Source of the DNA: Octopus vulgaris
Lineage: Eukaryota
DNA: 64,000 nt
Assembly: GCA_951406725.2 (NCBI GenBank)
Contig: OX597837.1
Coordinates: 40,858,001 to 40,922,000 of the forward strand
Direction: 5' to 3'
Made by a program: the position numbers and the translations under genes. A model generated the notes under the pieces. It was given only the letters and a program-made list of their open reading frames with translations, did not search any database and was not told where the DNA came from. Positions 27,618 through 43,585 of this stretch are shown piece after piece. The number at the start of each line of letters is the position of its first letter. The stretch's first letter is position 1.

Positions 27618-27620
<3 letters not shown>
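27400..27620 (-). mobile_element. Tc1/mariner terminal fragment
   Basis: Ends tgacttttggatcaccctg-TA (TIR CAGGGTGATCCAAAAGTCA) abutting (TA)n; left boundary uncertain. Confidence 0.55.
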
Positions 27621-27679
<59 letters not shown>

Positions 27680-27888
27680 TTTCATTCTTTTATTTGTTTC
27701 AGTCGTTTGACTGCGGCCCTGCTGGAGCTCCGCGTTTAGTCAAACAAATGGACCTCAGGACTTATCCTTTGTAAGCCTTACTAGTTATTCTCTCGGAACT
27801 TTTGCCGAACCGCTAAATTACGGGGACATGAATACACAAACGTCGGTTGTCAAGTGATGTTGGGGGTAACAAACAGAGACACACGAAC

Positions 27889-27890
<2 letters not shown>
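27680..27890 (-). mobile_element. SINE family B 3' part
   Basis: tttgactgcggccctgctggagc...ttttgccgaaccgctaa. Confidence 0.85.
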
Positions 27891-27953
<63 letters not shown>

Positions 27954-28013
27954 TGTATTAGACAAATACAAATGAACAAACCATCGATAAACACAAGTAT
28001 GTGGTGTAGTTGT

Positions 28014-28629
28014 GAAGGCGCAATGACCCAGTGGTTAGGGCAGCGGACTCGCGGTCGTAGGATCGCGGTCTCGATTCCCAGACCGGGCATTGTAAGTGTT
28101 TATTGAACAAAAACATCTAAAACTCCTCGAGGCTCTAGCAGCGGCTTGTGGCGTACCCTGCTGTACTCTTTCACCACAATTTCTCTCATTCTTTCTTCCT
28201 GTTTCTGTTGTGCCTGTATTTAGAAGGGGCCAGCCTTGTCACTCTCTGCGTCACGTTGAATCTCCCCAAGAACTACGCTAAGGGTACACGTGTCTGTGGA
28301 GTGCTCAGCCACTTGCACGTTAAATTTCACGTGCAGGCTGTTCAGTTGATCGGATCAAATGGAACCCTCGTCGCCGTAACCTATTTCTTTAATACCCACA
28401 AGGGGCTAAACACAGAGGGGACAAACAAGGACAGACAGACGGATTAAGTCGATTCTATCGACACCAGTGCATAACTGGTACTTAATTTATCGACCCCGAA
28501 AGGATGAAAGGCAAAGTCGACCTCGGCGGAATTTGAACTCAGAACGTAACAACAGACGAAATACGGCTACGCATTTCGCCCGGCGTGCTAACGTTTCTGC
28601 CAGCTCGTCGTCGTAACCGATGGAGTGCC
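28014..28629 (+). mobile_element. SINE family A interrupted by a family C copy (28382-28603, -)
   Basis: 15-bp duplication ctcgtcgccgtaacc (28367-28381) / ctcgtcgtcgtaacc (28604-28618). Confidence 0.9.
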
Positions 28630-29074
28630 ACGATATGTGGTGTAGCTGTACCAATTATTTACTCTGCTGTAATTCAAAACAACTGACCATCAACAAAAAA
28701 TCTGAACAGAACAGCCAATGAAAAGCACGAAAACCCCAACAACTACAAGTTGTATTTAAATATCTCTCAACTGATTTAACAAACGGTAACACTGAATTAT
28801 TAATACATATCAATAATGATAAATAATTAGCCGCCTCTCTACATCGTATTTCTACACTGAGTGAGCTTCTTACATTTTTTTTTTTGAAGCATTATATTGA
28901 TTAAACATTTGCTGACCTTCACAATGTTAAGCATAGTTAGCTGTATGGGTTGTATTTAAATATTTATATGTGGTTATTTCAGATATAATTATCATAGTGT
29001 TATGAACAGCTCTGATTACAGCTCTATTGATTTGAGAATCACACAATGCCGCCATTATTAATGGAATGTATATT

Positions 29075-29109
<35 letters not shown>

Positions 29110-29252
29110 ATGTGTGTGTGTCTGTTTGTGTATGTGTGTGTTTGAGTGTGTGCTTGTGCATATGTAGTTTTTGTGGATACCTGTATACCTAAACGCAGGT
29201 TAATAACTTGAACAGAATGGTCACTTAACGTGTATGTATATACATATATATA

Positions 29253-29304
<52 letters not shown>

Positions 29305-29305
<1 letters not shown>

Positions 29306-29468
29306 TTGATAAAAATGGTAAGACAACAAAAGAAAGAAAGAGACCTCGATATTATGTAAATAGAGGAATTTATCTGTAAATGTAATATGAGACAATTATT
29401 CGGTAGCCATGGTAAAACTCAGAGTTTCGGATACCGAATCACACAATAATTTCCCTTTGTATAACGGT

Positions 29469-29472
<4 letters not shown>
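29305..29472 (-). mobile_element. PLE-type pLTR fragment (same family as 35423)
   Basis: Shared aaagaaagagacctcgatatta..gtaaatagagg; hammerhead 3' half ccGAAACtctgagtt on - strand; (TA)n flanks. Confidence 0.6.
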
Positions 29473-29512
<40 letters not shown>

Positions 29513-29517
29513 GTATG

Positions 29518-29578
<61 letters not shown>

Positions 29579-29800
29579 GTATATATATGTATGTATGTAT
29601 TATGTATACATGTATAGAGGTACATATAAATTTTCGGCATTCCACAGTGAGGTACCATGAAATATGGGGGCTCGGGTTTTATGCGGATCCTCCGTGGCCC
29701 CTAGGAAGCGTTTCCCCCATTATTGGTGAATATTTCTGTCAGTTCCCTCCTTCACCAAAAAGCCATTAGAAAACTGATTATACCAGCAACTCCATCTAAG

Positions 29801-29844
29801 AATATCTGAGGAAGGAATATTATTCCGAAATATCATATCAGACT
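29801..29844 (+). ncRNA. Hammerhead ribozyme motif, stem I degenerate
   Basis: CTGAGGA-a-GGAA tatta TTCC-GAAA-tatcat-ATC-agact. Confidence 0.6.
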
Positions 29845-29959
29845 ATGGATGACTAAGTTACAACAGGTATATATAATACATTGTCTGTATTATAGTGCAG
29901 TGTTGTGTTATTCAAAACTTTTTATTCTTTACAATCAATACACAATGCTTGAAGCATTG

Positions 29960-30277
29960 TGTGTATATATATACACGTTTATGTACTGCAATAACATGCG
30001 ATTCAAGAGCCTACAGCTCTTTTACACCTTGCCAAAACATCTGAGAGTTCTTCATGTTGTGGGGAAATATGTTTTCAAGAAACAACTTGAACTCCTGCTA
30101 TCCAAGGTCCCAGATGAACCAATATCAAGACTGGGGTCTCAAAAGGGACCAGCAGTGTGGAGCTCCGTTCTTCCTCAAAAGCCAATCACCATTAAAGGGC
30201 TGATTACACTGGATGTGCTGCAGCGTGGCCTCAGCCTTAGGGGTGAAACATGCAAGAGAATAAAAGAATAGAAGAAT
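29960..30277 (+). mobile_element. CR1-group LINE 3' end
   Basis: QLFYTLPKHLR..VFKKQLELLLSKVPDEP (ORF2 C-terminus) plus tail gtgctgcagcgtggcctcagcc...gaaac..aataaaagaata. Confidence 0.75.
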
Positions 30278-30943
30278 ATATACTTTATTTGTCGGTTAAC
30301 AAGGCTAATAATGCTTACATGGAAACAGGCATCACTAGATAATTATCAAGTCTGTTACATAGAAAAGTTGGTACTCGACTCAATTGTGGATGAGAATGCA
30401 ATAGGTTACACGAGACTACACGGGTTTTCAGAATAAGAAGATATAAAGGGCATGGGATATAACTGATAAGGAAATCTTAATTCTAGCTTCCATTCCTTTA
30501 TCAGTGGGATCTTCGAAAGGAACTGCATTCACCACAGATTCCTTAATTCCTTGATTATTTAATTTGAGAACAGTCGTGCACATGCCAGTATATAAACGTA
30601 AATGCGCATGCATGCAAAATATATACATGCACAAAGATATATTTATGTATAGGCATGTATATATACTTTAACATATATGTATATATACCTACACACACAC
30701 ACACACGCACATATCTATATATAAATATATATAAATTAAATTAGAGATAAAACCACTATTAGGCAACTCAAACAGTGAGAGATATAAACCAGAACATAAA
30801 AAAACAAAAAATAAATATAATTAATATAATTTATAATACATATATAAAATATAAAATTTTAAATTCAAATTAATAAAATTTAAAATTTTTATATCTTCAT
30901 ATTTTTAAATTTTTATATTTAAACATCTTTTAATTAAAAAAAA

Positions 30944-31005
<62 letters not shown>

Positions 31006-31068
31006 AATATATATGCACATATATATGTCTATGAACATGTATGTGTGTATGTAAGTATATATGTCTAT

Positions 31069-31156
<88 letters not shown>

Positions 31157-31527
31157 TGTATGTATGTATATCCATATGAAGATGTGAATAGATACAGACA
31201 TAAGTTATTTGGACGATTACTTGATCTAACCGAAGTTACCCTTAAGAGAAGTGAGTGTATAACGTGACATTTTAGTACTATGTATTTAGAAGTAACCACG
31301 CCGAATGCACAGGTTTTTGAAGGTGCACATTCATATACGTAGCATGTGTTATATGCAAACATATATATATATGTATACATATATATATATATATATATTC
31401 CTCAATGTCATTATTATTATATAATATATAATAATAATAATAATAATATATATATATACATATATATATCTTCAAATAGACACATACAGAGATATTGTCA
31501 TACATAGATGCACACACACACACACAC

Positions 31528-31582
<55 letters not shown>

Positions 31583-31822
31583 CACTCACAGACTCACACA
31601 TGATTTTATACATATATCTACAGAGAAGCAGATAAAGGAAAGCATATATAAAGAATAAGAATATACACCCACACACACACACACACACATAGGCACACAC
31701 ATGTATATATATGAAAGAAGGTTTGAAAATGCAATTTAAAAAAAAATCTTTTAAAATTGCATTTGCAAACCTTCTTTCGTATATAATTTCACTCATGCAG
31801 TACCTTACAACTCCACTTTGTT

Positions 31823-31875
<53 letters not shown>

Positions 31876-31965
31876 GGTATATATGTGTCTATTTATTTGC
31901 TTCTACAGGCACACTCACACGCACCTACACACACACATTTATATACATTCACACACACACTCTTC

Positions 31966-32017
<52 letters not shown>

Positions 32018-32491
32018 TATATATATTTACATATATAAAAATATCCATGTATATTGCGATATTGCCACTGCATATGGTAATATTCTTCGTACACTAAATA
32101 TTGCATCAATTTTTTCTAAATTATTATCAATATTTATGCAGTATAGCGAGATCTGTACACTTTACATTGAACTGAAGCGCCTAATTTTGGCGAAATTATT
32201 TCATGACTTGCTACCTGTTGGAAATGGCGGGCCTGCACATTCGAACAAGAAAGTACATTCGCTCATTAGACTCATATGTAGTTACGTACAGGTAGAAATG
32301 TATTCATACCAATAAGCAGACAAATAAGCATACATACATATATATTATAAGAATAATATATTCAACCATGAAAAATACTCGCATAAACAGAGGCACAGAT
32401 GTTCCAATATATATGCACGTATGTATAAAATATGTTTGAATGCTTTCCTTAATAATAAAAAAAGTCGTTATAAGATTACGCATGTAAGAAC

Positions 32492-32587
<96 letters not shown>

Positions 32588-32992
32588 CGCGTGTGTGTGT
32601 GTCTGTACATATGTGTTTATATATATATACATATATATATATATAAATACAGAGAGAGAGAAAGAGAAAGCGAGAGAATGATGTATGTGTATATATATAT
32701 ACACATTCATATGCATATATAGATATAAAGATAAATTTATACATATATATGTATATGTATATATGTATATATAGACACATATATACATATAAACACGTGC
32801 ATATATATATGTATATATACATGCATATATTATATATAAATTCATATGTATGTATATATATATGTATATATATATGTATGTATATATACATACATACATA
32901 TATATATATATACAATTAAACGTATATAGAATATTATTCAAATCGATAATTTTATCTATATAGCAATATTTCTATCTACCTACATATATATG

Positions 32993-33042
<50 letters not shown>

Positions 33043-33399
33043 TGTAGATATGTATATATATATACATATCTACATCTACTATATATATATATATATGTAT
33101 GTATACATACATATATATGTAGGTAGATATATATATACATATATATATATATATACATATATATACACATACATATATATGTATGTATGCATATATATAT
33201 TTTAATTATAGAAATACATGTATGTACATATATATGCTCTTATATATACATACTGAGGTAACGCTAGTATATAGTAGCATATCGGAATGTTGCTAAATGG
33301 GTTTATATATACATATTTAAGTATATAAATATATTACACTTTAATACTTTAATACAGTATATAAGTTTACATATATAAATATATATAAACACACATACA

Positions 33400-33437
<38 letters not shown>

Positions 33438-33927
33438 ATTGATTGATTGATTGATTCTAGTTTCAGCTTATGAGCTGTGGCCATGCTGGGGCACCGCCAT
33501 TTGGTGTTGCTACTTGGTTTCACTTCATGGAGGCTTTCTAGCAACTGCTATTTGGTGCATGAGAGAGTTCGATATATTATATATTTGTATGAATATATAT
33601 ATGCATTTGTATATATATATGTATGTGTATATGTGTATATATATATAAATTGTTATCTGCATTTATACATAGAAAGTATATATATATGTGTGTAAGTATA
33701 TATATATATAAGTATATATATATATAAGTATATATATATATATATCCAGGCTGTGTCGTCTCAACTAAATATTTATAGTAATAAAATGAATAATTTCTTT
33801 TAAATTAGACACGCATACCCCTTGGAACTGGCGGAAATTTCTATTTGGAGAGCATTTACATATCCACCAAAAACAGGAAAACCTTTGGGTTTTTCCTCAT
33901 GGTGCATACATACATATGTTATTGCAT

Positions 33928-33990
<63 letters not shown>

Positions 33991-34113
33991 ATATATTTGT
34001 GTGTGTGTTTATGTGTGTATGTATATATATATATATATATATACATATATATATGTATATATATACACACCTGTAGATTTATAGAGTTACGTAGATAGAT
34101 AGACAGACATATG

Positions 34114-34173
<60 letters not shown>

Positions 34174-34657
34174 TATAGATAGATAGATAGACAGACAGAT
34201 AGACAGATAGATATATGCATATATATATATTTCTTTGTATAGACATACATTCATAAAGAAATAGATATAGAAACAGACACATCAAGAAATATATCTATAA
34301 AGAAATGAGGGTATTTCAGTAAGCAATATATATAGTAATATACCTGTATGTGCGTGTGCATGTGTGCCTGTGTTTGTGTTGGTATACATTTGATATATAC
34401 ATATGTGTGTTTGTGTGTGTGTGTATTTGTGTGATGCTATACACATATATATGTGTATCTGTGTGTGAGAGTATGTGGAGTCGTCTTGTGTGTATATATG
34501 TACTTGTGTAAACTTTTAGGCAGCTATAGGTATCAAAACGCGTATAGATGTATACATACATACATACATATATATATATATATCATAATTTATAGAAACC
34601 GTAATGCCTGTATAAAGTAATACACACGCACATAGTGCCATTATATAAACATATGTA

Positions 34658-34694
<37 letters not shown>

Positions 34695-34759
34695 CACAGG
34701 TCTTTATGTGTATATATATGTACATATATATATACATATATATATATATATTTACACAT

Positions 34760-34792
<33 letters not shown>

Positions 34793-34858
34793 ACACAGGT
34801 CTTTATGTGTATATATATGTACATATATATATACATATATATATATATATTTACACAT

Positions 34859-34910
<52 letters not shown>

Positions 34911-34997
34911 ATATATACATATGTAAGGCCTATATATAAATGTTCTAAAATCTTCACAGCCTTAGTTTTTTTATCTCATTCTGAAAAAATGTATATA

Positions 34998-35101
<104 letters not shown>

Positions 35102-35294
35102 TATGTATATATATATATATGTATATATTTATATATCTTCCTATATGTATGTATGTATATATAGAGCATATATTTGATATAAATATGGATTTAGATACAG
35201 ATATTCATAATGCATGCTTAGTCATAAAAACATGAATATCTTGGGTACGGATTTATTTATGCTCATGTTTTCTATACGTATATATATACTGCTA

Positions 35295-35353
<59 letters not shown>

Positions 35354-35381
35354 CACATACATACATACATACATACATAAA

Positions 35382-35414
<33 letters not shown>

Positions 35415-35422
35415 GTATATAT

Positions 35423-35710
<288 letters not shown>

Positions 35711-35842
35711 TATATAAGTTGAGTACAGAAATTCGGGGTGAGTACTTGATAATTATAAGCACCTGTGTATACCGTTTGGTGGTGTATGTGGTGGAGTAAA
35801 TTGATCAAAATAAAACACATGTCCTTGTGGAAGCTGTTGTGC

Positions 35843-35920
35843 GCGGCTGAAGAAGGCCACAGACATACATTATGCATTGTTATAAATCTGTCTAATAAAG
35901 GCCCGAAACATATGTACCGC
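35843..35920 (+). ncRNA. Type-I hammerhead ribozyme with extended stem II
   Basis: gcgg-CTGAAGA-a-GGCC[~41 nt]GGCCc-GAAAC-ATAT-GTA-ccgc; palindromic stem III ACATATGT. Confidence 0.75.
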
Positions 35921-35945
35921 TGAATCCTTGGCATCATGTTTTCAT

Positions 35946-35999
<54 letters not shown>

Positions 36000-36023
36000 T
36001 GATTGATAGATAGATGGATGGAT

Positions 36024-36089
<66 letters not shown>

Positions 36090-36367
36090 TATTGAATTTT
36101 GTCAAATAATATACCTCTCTGATATATTTTGTTGGTTTTCTACATTTCAATATTTACATTTATAGAAATATTCCTTTCTACTCTAGGCAAAAGGGCCGAC
36201 ATTTATAGAAGCTTTGAATCATTTATTGAATTGTTTGTCTTACATATGTATTCATACCTATGTGTTAAAAGTTAACTAAATAGTGTCTATTTAAATCCTG
36301 ACGACGTATTTTATTTTAATATATAAAATCTATACATTTGTACTCAAGTTAAATATATATATGTTAA

Positions 36368-36460
<93 letters not shown>

Positions 36461-36503
36461 CATATACATACATATATATATATATATATGTATACATATA
36501 TAC

Positions 36504-36536
<33 letters not shown>

Positions 36537-36707
36537 CATATATTTATGCTTATGTTTTTATGTGTGTTCTTATGTATATATATATGAGTTTGTATGTATA
36601 TGTTTATATATATATTTTTATATATATCTATATATATATATACAAATATATATACATATATATACAAATGTATATATAAACATTTGTATACATACATATA
36701 TACATAC

Positions 36708-36760
<53 letters not shown>

Positions 36761-36828
36761 TTCATATATATATAAACACAGGGATATGTATACACAAACA
36801 CTAATTTGCATGTATATATAAACATATG

Positions 36829-36864
<36 letters not shown>

Positions 36865-37003
36865 TACGCACATATGCACATGTATATGCATATATATATA
36901 TATGTGTGTGTGTGTGTGCGTGTGTGTCTGTGTCTGTGTGTATGTATATGTATGCACAAGCATAGACATTTATTTTCTCTGTGTGAATATTCAAAATTTT
37001 GTG

Positions 37004-37042
<39 letters not shown>

Positions 37043-37644
37043 TCTTTTACATTAATGCTTTATTTATCAAACTATTTTGTAGATTAACATGTACGTATTT
37101 ATAAATATATGCATACCCTCACATATACAATAACTTATACACACATACACACACACAAACACTCACAAAGCATTATCAACATGTTGACTATACAGTTTTG
37201 CATATGAATATTTGATAGAAATTCCTTTTGATCACAACACACAACGCTGATAATTAGCACTATTTTTGTATGTATCTATACATTCTATATACATTTACAA
37301 TTCTATATACAATTTCCTTTACATATATTCATCTCTCAATCCACTTATGTACACACCCGTTTGCATACACTCTAATGCATACACAATTTTGTATATAGTC
37401 ATACGCAAACTGACATTGATTTACAATCGTATACACACTCGTTTGAATCATGTTTGAATTCTATCATCGCGGCACACTTTTCAATAGGCTCGTATATACA
37501 CACACCTGCGTATACATTCATACAGACCTGCACCTTTGTTCGTTAACATGATGTAATAGACGTTTCAAATGTTAGGTTTTCATTTCTCGACCTCATTTAT
37601 TTGTTTCTTCGTATCTACAGTGGCCAAACGTAACGTACATTTTA

Positions 37645-37850
37645 AAAAATGGCTTCAAATTTTGGCACAATGCCAGTAATGTCGGGGAAGGGGCATAATC
37701 GATTACATCAACCCTAGTGCTCAACTGGTATTTATTTTGTCGACTTCGAATTGATGAAAGGGCAAAATCGTCCTCGGCGGAATTTGAACTTAGAACGTAA
37801 GGACGGCGTAAATGCCGCTCAGCCCTTTTTCCTGTGCGGTAACGAGGCTT
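37645..37850 (-). mobile_element. SINE family C, diverged
   Basis: tcgattacatc, ctcggcggaatttgaact. Confidence 0.8.
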
Positions 37851-38129
37851 CCGTGCATCATATACGATACACAATCTCAATGTTTTTCAACCCCCAGAGT
37901 AACTTGAGACTCATACAAAGACAGTTTTATATTACTCAGAACGAATGAAACAAGGGTTAATTTAAAGTTCTGAAAATAAGCATCGACGTTTAGGGCTAGC
38001 TTAAGAAAATGCTTTGGACAGACACTGGGATAAAAAATATTCTCTAAATCTGAATCAAATAATGAGTCTTAAAAATTTTGATAAGAGTATGTGATTTCCC
38101 TCACGAATCATCTAACAGACCCACAACAG

Positions 38130-39215
38130 AAAATTAAGACATCTGTTAGAATCATCTTAGGTAACTGACATGTCGTAGATGAATCTCAAATATCTAGACA
38201 TCTGTTAGACTAATCTCGGAGGTTTTGACATTGGACTTTTCTCAAGCATTTATACTCCCAAAAGATTATTCTCACACAATTCAGCTTCTCCCAAGAATGT
38301 CTTCAGATTTATTTATCTTCTTGAGCAATCTTACATATTTAGACACTTAATAGACAATTTCAAGGCATCTAAATATCTGTCAGTTCAATGTCAGAGATTT
38401 GTACATCTGTTAGACAGGTCATAGCCATTTATACATCTGTTAGACTAATCTTAGACATTTAGACATCTGTTAGATCAATCTTAGAGTGTTAGGTAATAGA
38501 TAGAATAATATCAGGCATTCAATAGCCCAAAAGACCATTCTCTAACATTTATATCTATGTTAAGCCTATCATAGGTATTTATATATCTGTTTGAGCAATA
38601 TCAGCTATTTAGAGTGTCATTAGATCACACATTTGGAAAATAGAGACGTTTGAGACGAATTTAGTCTACCAGACATCTGTTATGACAATCTTAGACGTTT
38701 AGGCATTTGTTAAACCAATTTCAGACAGTTTTATATGTATTCGACTAAACTTAGATATTAAACATGTTTGAATAACTTTAGATATTATACATCTGTCAGC
38801 CTAAATTTAAGCATTAGGCATTTCATAGACGAATCTCATTTTGATGGCTAATGGATTAATTTCAGGCAATTTCGTATGTTAGATTGATCTCAAATATATT
38901 GTACATTAATCTGAAACATGTGTAGTAAGGTCAATCACAAATATTTAACATCTGTTAAATCAATATCAACCATTTAGACATCAGCTCAAGCAAACTCAGG
39001 CATTTAAATATACGTCTTAAGCATCTGTTGGCTCCATTTCACCGATTTAGACATCTGGTAAACCAGTTCAATTGATTTAGAGACCCAACAATCAAAGCTA
39101 AACAATTTAAGCATCTGAGAAACCAATCTAAAAGACTTCATATTATCAGAAAATTTTTTTTTAATTCTAAAATATCTCGAAGCAGTATTCGTGAAACATC
39201 TGTGCTACAGATGGT
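38130..39215. repeat. Degenerate 30-bp minisatellite
   Basis: Unit approx. AGACATCTGTTAGACTAATCTTAGACATTT; exact 30-bp register over 38401-38730. Confidence 0.85.
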
Positions 39216-39479
39216 GTATTGATTTTAATATAAATATAGTTTGTTCTGTCTTTTAGCTATCAAATATGTAACATATGTTGCATGGTCATCCAGTGCAAAA
39301 GTTCTACACTTGGTGATCCCAAAATTTTCTTCGCCTTGGTTCGTATTTCTTCTGGTTGGATTCAAGTTGGTAATCGAAGTTTAGGGTAGTCAAAATTCTC
39401 AGTTATAGTCACTGTTTGAATTATACCCACACATACACACACGCACGCACACAAACAGACACACATGCATGTATGTATG

Positions 39480-39546
<67 letters not shown>

Positions 39547-39566
39547 ATCTATCTATATACATATAT

Positions 39567-39621
<55 letters not shown>

Positions 39622-40183
39622 TACATACATACATATATATATATATACTTATACGTGTATATATACTATATTATATATAGAATTTGTATATATGTATATA
39701 TACGTAGATACATACGTATGTGTGCGTGTGTGTGTATATATATACATATATATATACATACATATATATATATATATGTATGTATGTATATATATATGTA
39801 TATATATAGATAGATAAACAGAGAGATAGATAGATAGATAATTAGATAGATAGATATAGATATTGATATATACATATTGATATAGTTATATACATAGATA
39901 CGTTGACATGAATACATAAATACACATATAATTATATTGATGTATTTAACTATTGTTCGCCCGTGTTTGATTGTATGTGAATACGAGAGAGAGAAGGAGA
40001 GAGAGAAAGAGAGAGAGAGAGTAGGAAGAGTGAGACAGTATGTTTATGTTATACGAGAATATACAAGGAGAGTAGGAGAGTTAAATGTAGTAGGATACTA
40101 AATAGAAGAATACATACGTATAATTAGGAATCGATTAACAATTATTTCGCTGAACAAATAAACCAACTGCATATGCACGATAC

Positions 40184-40236
<53 letters not shown>

Positions 40237-40434
40237 TATGGCGGTGCCCCAGCATGGCCACAGCTCATAAGCTGAAACTGGAAAATTCAAAAAAAAAAAA
40301 TCATATAGATTGATAGATAGATAGATAGATAGATAGATATAGATATGTGTATATAGATGTATATACACATATCTATCTATCTATTGGTACATCATATATC
40401 TGTACACATGTTGCATTTATATATATACATACAT

Positions 40435-40466
<32 letters not shown>

Positions 40467-40533
40467 TTATTTATATATTTATATATGTATGTATATGTAT
40501 ATGTAAATTCATATATATATTATATATATATAC

Positions 40534-40576
<43 letters not shown>

Positions 40577-40624
40577 TATATAATATGTCATATATCATAT
40601 ATATATCATATATGATATGTCATG

Positions 40625-40680
<56 letters not shown>

Positions 40681-40917
40681 GTACAATCACATGGTAATTT
40701 CCTTTACAATGTTTTCTCTTTATACTATATGAGGTGATGTTGTATCATTTATTCTTTGACATTTTTACTACAAAGATATATATTACTATAAGAATATCTC
40801 ATGAATATACAAATAATGTACATATATATACTATATATATATATTTGTGTGAGTGCTCGTGTATGTATGCTTGTAAGTCTACACATATATGATATATGAT
40901 GTATATATATATATATA

Positions 40918-41075
<158 letters not shown>

Positions 41076-41153
41076 ATATATATATGAATATATATATATG
41101 ACAGATATGTGTATATATATATATGATATATATGTGTGTATATATATATATGC

Positions 41154-41191
<38 letters not shown>

Positions 41192-41421
41192 CATATATAT
41201 ATATATATATACATATGTGTGTGTGTATATATGTTTGTGCATAATGTATGTGTACTGCCGAGTAAATAAATAAACATTTCTTCTATTCTGCAAAACATAA
41301 TTTGCCAGAGATTTTTCAACCTTTATGCATACATCACACAAGTATAACATCTACATGGAACTTTGTAGTACTGGAGTGAACGGATAAACTGGATGAGGAC
41401 ACAGCTTGGATTATAACCCTA

Positions 41422-41456
<35 letters not shown>

Positions 41457-41614
41457 GTAAGTATATAGACAGAACAGATAGTGGGGGATTATCAATCTGA
41501 GTAAAATCCTTCATAAGCTCTATCTTGGCACTGTAAGTTAAATTTACTCAAATAAATAAATTATATGTAATGAACAATATTTTTAATTTGTTCCTTATAT
41601 ACACATACATACAT

Positions 41615-41669
<55 letters not shown>

Positions 41670-41757
41670 ACATATATATATACATATATATATACATATA
41701 TATATACATATATATATATTGTGCATATATATATATATGGATATGTGTATATATATA

Positions 41758-41815
<58 letters not shown>

Positions 41816-41927
41816 TATACACTCATATGTATATATATATATATATATCAAATATACATACCCTCTCACCTCTGCTACTAGCTAGCGTATACAGGTACTT
41901 ACACTTATCAAGTATTCACCCCAAATT

Positions 41928-41971
<44 letters not shown>

Positions 41972-42408
41972 GATATATGCATGCATATGTACATGCATAA
42001 ATATACACATTTTATGGGGCATCCGTCTTACGTTCTTCTTTAAACACATGCACAGAACCTCATACACATATAGATTATGTATACACGCTCACACATAAGC
42101 ATACGTGTAACACGCACAACCACGAGTGCATTTTACACACACATACACACACACACACACATTCACAAAGAAACAAACAAACAAGGATACAATACGCACA
42201 CAAGCATGCACATATATATATATGCACACATTAACCAAATCAGGGAACCCGAAACCCCAAGAGCTCTCTGGATTTAAACAGATGACCCTTTCCAATTCGT
42301 TGTGGATCGTCTTGAATTATACAAATACTTAAAAAAAAATATCTTTATGATGAAAAATAATCTGGGCTCAGTGATGGATTTTTGTTGTTTAATCCCAAAT
42401 ATCATCTA

Positions 42409-42623
42409 CAAAGGGGTGTTGAAATATTCCTGGTTTTAAGGGAATCACCAAATGTCTGGTTGGAGACCCAACCTTCTGATTTCTTTTACAGAGTTTAGAA
42501 AAACTGAAGGGCCGTTGCAATAAGTGTGTGAATCTGAGAGGGGAATATGTTGAATAAAATCATAATTAACTGATCCTCATGCATTTCCTTTCACCCAAAC
42601 CCAGGAACTTTTCAGCCCCGCCT

Positions 42624-42670
<47 letters not shown>

Positions 42671-43024
42671 GGACAAGAACGCAAAACATCCGGACAGTTA
42701 GGGGATACAAAAAGGGACAACAAAACATCCAGATAGACGATTCAAAGAAAGCAAGGACGGTCATTCGAAGTTTCTTTTCCTCAGTTAAGCACCAGATTAT
42801 CCTCGCAATTTCGGCTTATATATACACCGTGGTTTTAAGGGTATCGCCAAAGGCTTGGGTTGAGGCCCAACCTTCTGTGTTCTTTTACAATGTTTAGAAA
42901 AATTGAAGCCCTCTGCAATTAGTGTGTGAATCTAAAAAGAGCAATATGTTAAATAAAATCATAATTAACTGATCCTCCTGTATTTTCTTTTATGCAAATC
43001 TAGGAATTTTTCAACGCCCCTACG
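42409..43024 (+). mobile_element. Two mariner-derived MITE copies (42409-42625; 42830-43024) around a PLE-like remnant
   Basis: TIRs ...gttgaaatattcctgg / ccaggaacttttcagc; internal aagtgtgtgaatctgagaggggaatatgttgaataa = KCVNLRGEYVE*. Confidence 0.8.
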
Positions 43025-43511
43025 TATGATAAAAGGCAATCCAACCATACCCTTAACTCCATATTTTATTTTCCTCAAATAGATTGCAACTAGGATTTTA
43101 TCTAAGATTAAATTATGTAATTTCAAGATATTCTGGCTGTTATTTCTAGCAAAACGATCGACTACATAGAGGCTCTCTCTTATCTTGAGAGAGAAGACCC
43201 TTGTTGTCTCGAGAAGACAAGACAACCACCTGGTTGGTTGAAGAAGCCCTCACCCCACGCTATATTATAGATTTCCTGGTTGGTTCTTTGTTTCTCTTCG
43301 ACAACGGTACCACATTTGTCCTTACCGACAGACATCCTCAACAAATTGGAAAGTTGATGGGGAACGCCCCCCATTGTCCACAATGAAAGACGCCAACGAG
43401 AAAAACTCATAGGATATACTTACCACGTGATCACCATTATGTCCAAGCCGCGACCTTTCAAAGAAGGGGAAATGTGGTTTTCTTTACGTGTATTTATGTG
43501 CGGTTATATAT

Positions 43512-43585
<74 letters not shown>

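Noticed and set aside
38130-39215. CRISPR-like array or repeat-protein exon
   Set aside because: Eukaryotic context, no unique spacers, degenerate units, stops in all frames.
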